Positions 58,587 to 64,000 of a DNA stretch of 64,000 bases are shown here, piece by piece. Positions within the stretch are counted from its first letter, which is position 1, and each line of letters begins with the position of its first letter. Position numbers and translations under genes: made by a program. The DNA comes from Chrysomallon squamiferum. Taxonomy: Eukaryota; Animalia; Mollusca. The DNA lies in contig CM022677.1 of NCBI GenBank assembly GCA_012295275.1, positions 14,756,001 to 14,820,000 on the forward strand, read 5' to 3'. The notes beneath the pieces are model-generated. The model searched no databases and had not been told where the DNA came from. It saw only the letters and a list, made by a program, of their open reading frames with translations.

Positions 58587-59867
58587 TTAGAATCTTGAAC
58601 AAAATAATGCAGACAATCATACAATACTGCAACACTGACAAGGAAACTGAATTGATTCTGGGGCATAAAACAGAATCAAGAAAGTAAGTACTGGTTTTTA
58701 CAGGTTTGTTTTATTTTAATTATTATTAGATTTATTGTTGTTGTGGTGGTGGTTGTTGCTGTTGATATTATTACTACTCATGTTTCTATTACATATTTTT
58801 AAATAATTATTTAAAATTCGATTTTTGTTCACTAAAACCACCCCAAAGAACCATAATTAATATCCCTTCCTCTCTCCCTGCAAAAATAATAATTAAAAAC
58901 ATTTAAAAATATCAAACTACAAGTATAAAATCTACTGATCTGTGTTGTATCTGACTTACCTGAAAGGTCTTTCTGTGTCTTTTAACCCAAGCTGGTCAAG
59001 AAAATCCTCTCAAATGGTGGACATCCAAAGTTTGTGCTGGTGGTACGATAGCTATATTTAAACAACTATCTTGTTTCATGTACAAGTCACTGTTTTCTAC
59101 TATTTAGCCAGATTTGTCTAAATAAACAAATATAGAACAAAAAGTATTTAAAAAATCTGGTAGAATTTTCTAATATGATTAACTAATTTATCATAATTGT
59201 AATTTTCTGTTATAAACATAAGACTTTTTGACAGCATGCTGGGCTTATATACTATTAGTTAGAATCATTCAGACTATTACAAACTGTACATCATTTCAAT
59301 CCGATCTACTTATAATAATAGGATGATCCTGTAACCAGACCAAAGAACATAAACAAACATATCGTAATTACATTATTTATGTTTACTTTTAAAATAGTAA
59401 ATGTCTGATAACCGTTACAGTAAGTTCAAGTTTTAACATGTAAAGATTCATTTTCTCAGTCATAATTTGTTTGTGTTTTTTTTTTTTTTCCACTATACTA
59501 GGAAAATGGTAGATACAAATGAGTATATCAAAGAATTTTCTCAACCTATCAACTGAACTAAATATTAGATTTCCTGGCTTAACAACTCTATTTTTAACTT
59601 TTCCCAGACTAGGAAAAAAATGAAGAGAATGCTACATTATTTGCTAGATAGAAATTTTTTATTTCCCATTTTAATTTTTATTTAACTTAACTTATTAATT
59701 TTGTTATATTATTGCTTTGTTTATTCTTGGCATTTTATTATTTTGTTGCTGTTGGTGTTGTTGTTTATTGTTTGCTCAAAATCAATTAGCTTGATTGTTA
59801 AATAAACAGACTAGGTTTAAAATCTGCAGATAAAATATTTAAAAAAATAGATTTCCTGGCTTAACAA

Positions 59868-59917
59868 CTTAAGGTGACTAGCTCCTTCGGGCGTAGCCCG
59901 AGCCCTACGGTCATAAG
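59868..59917. other. Imperfect GC-rich hairpin, candidate viral terminal hairpin remnant
   Basis: CTTA..TGAC.TAG..TCGGGC-GTA-GCCCGA..CTA..GTCA.TAAG; nested self-complementarity in otherwise very AT-rich DNA. Confidence 0.6.
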
Positions 59918-60269
59918 CTAAAAGTACATATTGGCTTTCAAGGCCAAAAACCAAAAACCATTCGTGTTATACATTGTTTTTTCAATAATAAGCAAGAGTT
60001 GGGTTGGGATCTATCAGGTCCCAAATTGTATAACTAATATTATTATAATATATATAATTAATTATTTATTATATATGTAATATTTAATCTATATATTAAT
60101 TAATATAATTATATATTATTATGTTAATATTTACATATTACAATGATAACAAATTCATATAAACTTTAAATATTTATTTAAATAAAATATTAACATATTA
60201 TAACATTGAATTATTAACAATAACGCATTTCCGATATACACTGATTGTATATTACTGTTCATCTTTATA

Positions 60270-60275
60270 TTTATT
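60270..60275 (-). terminator. AATAAA polyadenylation signal of NS1
   Basis: Starts 9 nt after the stop at 60284; further AATAAA at 60173-60178. Confidence 0.5.
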
Positions 60276-60283
60276 AAATATGT

Positions 60284-62457
60284 TCATTTGTGTCTCAGGT
60301 ACAGTTTCATTGAACATACATTCGAAAGGTTGAAACGTTTTTCTGCTGGATTTTCTGGTTCATTGTCAACTGTAATAAACGTAGGATCCATTGATTCTTC
60401 TGATATATCTTCTATTTCTACTTCATATCTTTTACGTTTAATTCCCTTAGAATCTTGCATATCTGCTTTGAGTTTATTTTGTGACAAAATAAACATGTCT
60501 TGTGAGGGATTGTATGTATCATCATCATCCGAATCCGAAATGATAACATATACTGGATCATCCAGTTTGTTTTGAACTGAATTTATATGTTCATTATGTT
60601 GATTTGTATGTTCTACTATGGTATCAGCATGAACATTATCATCTTTGAATTAAATCTGACTGTCGTCGAAGTTATCCGTAAAATAACTGAAACGGCCTTC
60701 AAACGTATTGTCATTTATGTGAATGTTATTTGTATTATTGAAATAGTCTCTATCGTTCTCCATTGCAATGTTCATCTCGTCGTCAGACGGTTCCCTCCCA
60801 ACTGTAAATAATTTTGGATGTAAAAGATTGTAACATTGTTTCAAAACATTGCTGCGTTTTAAACCTTGAATTAAAAATAGTCGTGTTTTCATAATGCTGA
60901 TTTGGGACGTAGTAAGTCCGTCCCCAAACTTATTATTTGAGTTCAATAAACAGATGTTTCCACGACAGTAACAAGGGGTGGTACCTTTACGTTCGCACGT
61001 AGCCTTGCTACCACTCAACAAATCCTTGTATTTATCAATGTTAGTTTGATTTATAGATATTTCTTCGCCAAGAATGATTTTCTTCCCACCAAGCATTTGC
61101 CAAGGAAAATTATCCTTGGCAATTTTTCCAGCTGTAGGTACAGATTCAAACATGGAACTAGACATCATTGTTTTTCCACTATCTGAATCTCCTTGAAAGT
61201 AAACGCCTATCTTTTTTTTTCCCTTGCCTTTGAGTAATGAAACAATTAATGTGTACAGCCATCGTTCTTGTATGTCTTGCTCTCTGCACCAGGAGTTAAA
61301 AATCTTAAAACTATCGTCTGGTGTCATATAATGATCAATGTCATTGTTCATCATCTCTATTTGTTCATATGCTGACTTATCAGACTGTTCCTCCGTGTAT
61401 TTGGCTCTAGCAGCTTTAAATAGCTTATCACCAGATGAATTAGCAACGGCATTGCACAAGGCTTTGAACTCGTTACTGTTAGTATCGAATTTACCAATCA
61501 AATGATTTAATTTATTTATATCAGGAAATTGTTTTATCAATTTATAAAAAAAAATCTAATGTTTCAGCAGATTTGTTGTTGATCAGGTGTGATGGAATAG
61601 ATGCTTTGTCAATTGTATCTTTATCATTAATTGGTACATCTGCTGTATCCATGGCTTCAATGATAATATTTTTTCTTTTTTGATTTCATTTGCTGACATT
61701 CCGATAACTGTATTTACTGATTCTTCTTTAGACGTAGTTCCATTATCTTTTCTTATAGGTTCTCTAATTTTTGATGTTGTTAATGTTTTATCTAAATGTT
61801 TTGATCCAGATGCATCAAAGAAATCATTAAGGATGTTCCAGATATCTTTGTCATCATCATGAATTTCTTTTTCCATTTCATTCCATATGTTCAACATTGA
61901 TTGATCGGTCGTGCCTAAAAATAGTTTTTCAGAGTCATTCATTAGATATTTCATGTATTCTTGAACAGATGTTCTCTGTGGATCCTTTAGTTTCAGTATT
62001 TTTAAGTATCCATTCTCATTTAGAACGGCTCGATGCAAGCGGCGATATTGCCTGTCTTGCGAGGGTGTTTTCAGAGTCGTCTTCCAAATAATATGGCAGT
62101 GAGTTCCATATGTAGGATGATTTGAAATAGCCTGACATTCTTTTTGGTGATAAACCATTAATGTCTTCCATGATTTATTTCTCAAAAACGCTTTTAATTC
62201 GTTTATCACACGGTCTTGACCCTTTGAAAGGTACTCATAGTTAGGCGTGGCCCAATGGTCAACAGTTTTAATATTTCCTGATTATCCATCTGGTATGACT
62301 TGATGAAATTCTTACCAGTCGCATATATAAATTTCCCTTCTTTATCTTTTGCGAGACACCGAGGAACCAGATATTTCGGGTGAACCATGTCATAATTGAC
62401 ATGACCCACCAAAACACTGTAATATGTATCTTCTGGAAGATCAACGAACCTATCCAT
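60284..62457 (-). pseudogene. NS1: Parvoviral NS1/Rep (HUH endonuclease + SF3 helicase), ~720 codons when reassembled
   Basis: HUH GTHCHIIW and YMKYL; Walker A GDSDSGKT, Walker B IILGEE, B' KDLLSG..ERKG, motif C LLNSN, RLF. ORFs 62206-62463, 61583-62209, 60650-61540 and 60284-60496 join via frameshifts near 62280, 61670 and 61550 and an in-frame TAA at 60650-60652. Confidence 0.92.
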
Positions 62458-62477
62458 TTCCAATAATGTATTTTCAT
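62268..62477 (-). CDS. Small ORF overlapping the NS1 start (possible accessory NS protein)
   Basis: First ATG after the predicted transcription start, 20 nt before the NS1 ATG; no recognisable domain. Confidence 0.25.
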   Translation of the reverse strand: MKIHYWKWIGSLIFQKIHITVFWWVMSIMTWFTRNIWFLGVSQKIKKGNLYMRLVRISSSHTRWIIRKY

Positions 62478-62513
62478 ATAATATGTTCTTTACGTTAAGA
62501 GATAACAGTAACG

Positions 62514-62582
62514 ACTGAAAACTTTTGAACGTTTCTTTATTTATAACGTTTAAAACATTACGTCATATATATGACGTCATAT
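62514..62582 (-). promoter_or_regulatory. Putative NS1 promoter: CRE-like sites, TATA box, initiator
   Basis: TGACGTCA 62572-62579 and TGACGTAA 62558-62565; TATAAAT 62545-62539; TCAGT 62518-62514 with its A 29 nt from the TATA start. Confidence 0.65.
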
Positions 62583-62649
62583 GGTGTACGTGACAAAATG
62601 AACGTAACGTTATTAAAAGACTAATCACTGTATTCATACGCTTAATATT

Positions 62650-64000
62650 TTATAATGGATATGACCAGTCATTTCCATTCCCCATAGTTTCTAATGTTCT
62701 ATCACCATATGCACCATGTAATGGCCATAATTGTCTACGTCTATTTCTACGTTTATTCCAATTATCCCATATGGGTGGAAACGTTCTCATTTTCCATGTT
62801 GTATTTATTCTTTCTTTATATTTAGCAGCATCTTCACCTAAAAATTGATCTTGTTCAGGATGTTTAACATTATCTTTATTACCCATTGGAGTAGTATCAT
62901 CTTTTTTAAATATTAAACCTTGCATAGTACCAGGACATCCTCCTAATCCTATTGGAATATATTTTGGACACATGCCAGTCCGTACAATAAATTCAATCTC
63001 ACTATAATATGTTATCTGAATGTTAGCATGATAATTGAAAAATAATGTATTTCCTCCACTTGTTTTCTCAATGTCAGGATATAATCCAATTAAGAACATA
63101 GGAGGTCTGTTACATTGATATGTACGTCTATGTGAGCCATCTTTACAAACATCAATATTAGGATTATTTGCATTATTATGCATAACTCCTTGATTACTCA
63201 TTTTTGTCCCTCCATCATCTACCATAGATGGTGCACCAAGTACATTAGATGCCTTATTTTGAAAACAAGCTGTATAATGTATACGTCTGTATTGATGATT
63301 AAAATAACAACATATTGCAGTTCCCATTGGATGTTCTGTAGTATTGGTAACTACTATATCATGTGTTGGCCAAACCTCTAAATTACCTTTATTTTCGTTA
63401 GCACATTGATATTTAGATTTAATACATAATCCAGATATATCTGTAAAGTTAAGTGTATGTGATGTTTCTGATGGAAATAAAACGGTTGGTGAGTCTTTAC
63501 AGGTATAATCTAATGCAAAACCCCTGAACTAATTACAGTTTCTCTGTATCCATCATGTTTTTTCATGTCATATATATAATTAGGAGAGAATGTTTTATAT
63601 TCTAATCCATCACCTGTCCATGCATGATTTAATAATTGCATAGCCATATCACTTGGTAAATATAATTTTCTATCTGGTTGAACAGGTATACTTCTGTTAC
63701 TAATATCATCCATACATTCTTCATCTTTAAAATAGTAATTATGTGATAAATTTAATTTTTTTTCAGGCAAACCATAATCATTATTTACATCTGTAAATGT
63801 CCACACACGAGAATTTGGTGGTGCCATTACAGGTACTTCATTAGGATCAGATTTATTATTGTTTAAAACATGAACAATCATATTATTTATATTAAATCCT
63901 ATTCGTTTTACTCTATAACCCATAAAATCATCAGGTAAATTCCAATCATTAGCAGTAGTACTAGCTGCTTTATACCAATATGGTATTATATGCCCTCCAT
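62650..64000 (-). pseudogene. Parvovirus-like capsid (VP) gene, 5' part outside the window, one frameshift near 63520
   Basis: Open from the window edge: GGHIIPYWYKAASTTANDWNLPDDFMGYRVKRIGFNINNM (betaC-alphaA-betaD-like), FTDVNNDYGLP, RPPMFLIGLYPD..YHANIQITYYSEIEF (betaH/betaI-like), basic KRRNRRR near the C-terminus; the shifted frame is open from ~63520 into ORF 62650-63327. Confidence 0.75.

Larger units (their letters stand above)
59868..64000 (-). mobile_element. Endogenous parvovirus-like element (densovirus/hamaparvovirus-like); continues beyond the window
   Basis: Compact intron-free NS1 and capsid-like genes, promoter, polyA signals and GC-rich hairpin, free of the microsatellites that fill the flanking DNA. 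Confidence 0.9.

Noticed and set aside
59868-59917. CRESS-virus origin stem-loop
   Set aside because: Loop is 3 nt with no TAGTATTAC-like nonanucleotide, and the Rep is parvoviral in size and motifs
60587-63381. Plus-strand ORFs within the viral element suggesting ambisense coding
   Set aside because: Short, motif-free shadows of the minus-strand genes

Overview
AT-rich, microsatellite-dense eukaryotic (animal, probably invertebrate; mollusc-like by inference only) genomic DNA with no intact host gene that I can support. Most of the supplied ORFs are artefacts of simple repeats. Main contents: (1) an intronless, disabled collagen prolyl 4-hydroxylase alpha copy (1643-3138, minus); (2) decayed transposons (Sola-like, LINE, MULE, hAT-Buster, pogo-like with PHD) and several minisatellites; (3) a ~8.5-kb block carrying spliced exons of an IRAG/LRMP(MRVI1)-family gene, a TRIM-type RING exon, a ~70-bp minisatellite and a PHD-ending transposase tail, present twice in inverted orientation (~34.2-43.0 kb and ~51.6-59.6 kb) across a 200-N assembly gap, with a third partial copy at 15.4-17.2 kb; (4) at the right end, a lightly degraded endogenous parvovirus-like element (59868 to past 64000, minus strand) with HUH + SF3 helicase NS1, a jelly-roll capsid-like ORF, an intact-looking internal promoter and a GC-rich terminal hairpin. 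Its capsid-like gene lies upstream of NS1 on the same strand, the reverse of the usual monosense parvovirus order. This is the most interesting observation. All homology calls come from motif recognition by eye; no searches were run.
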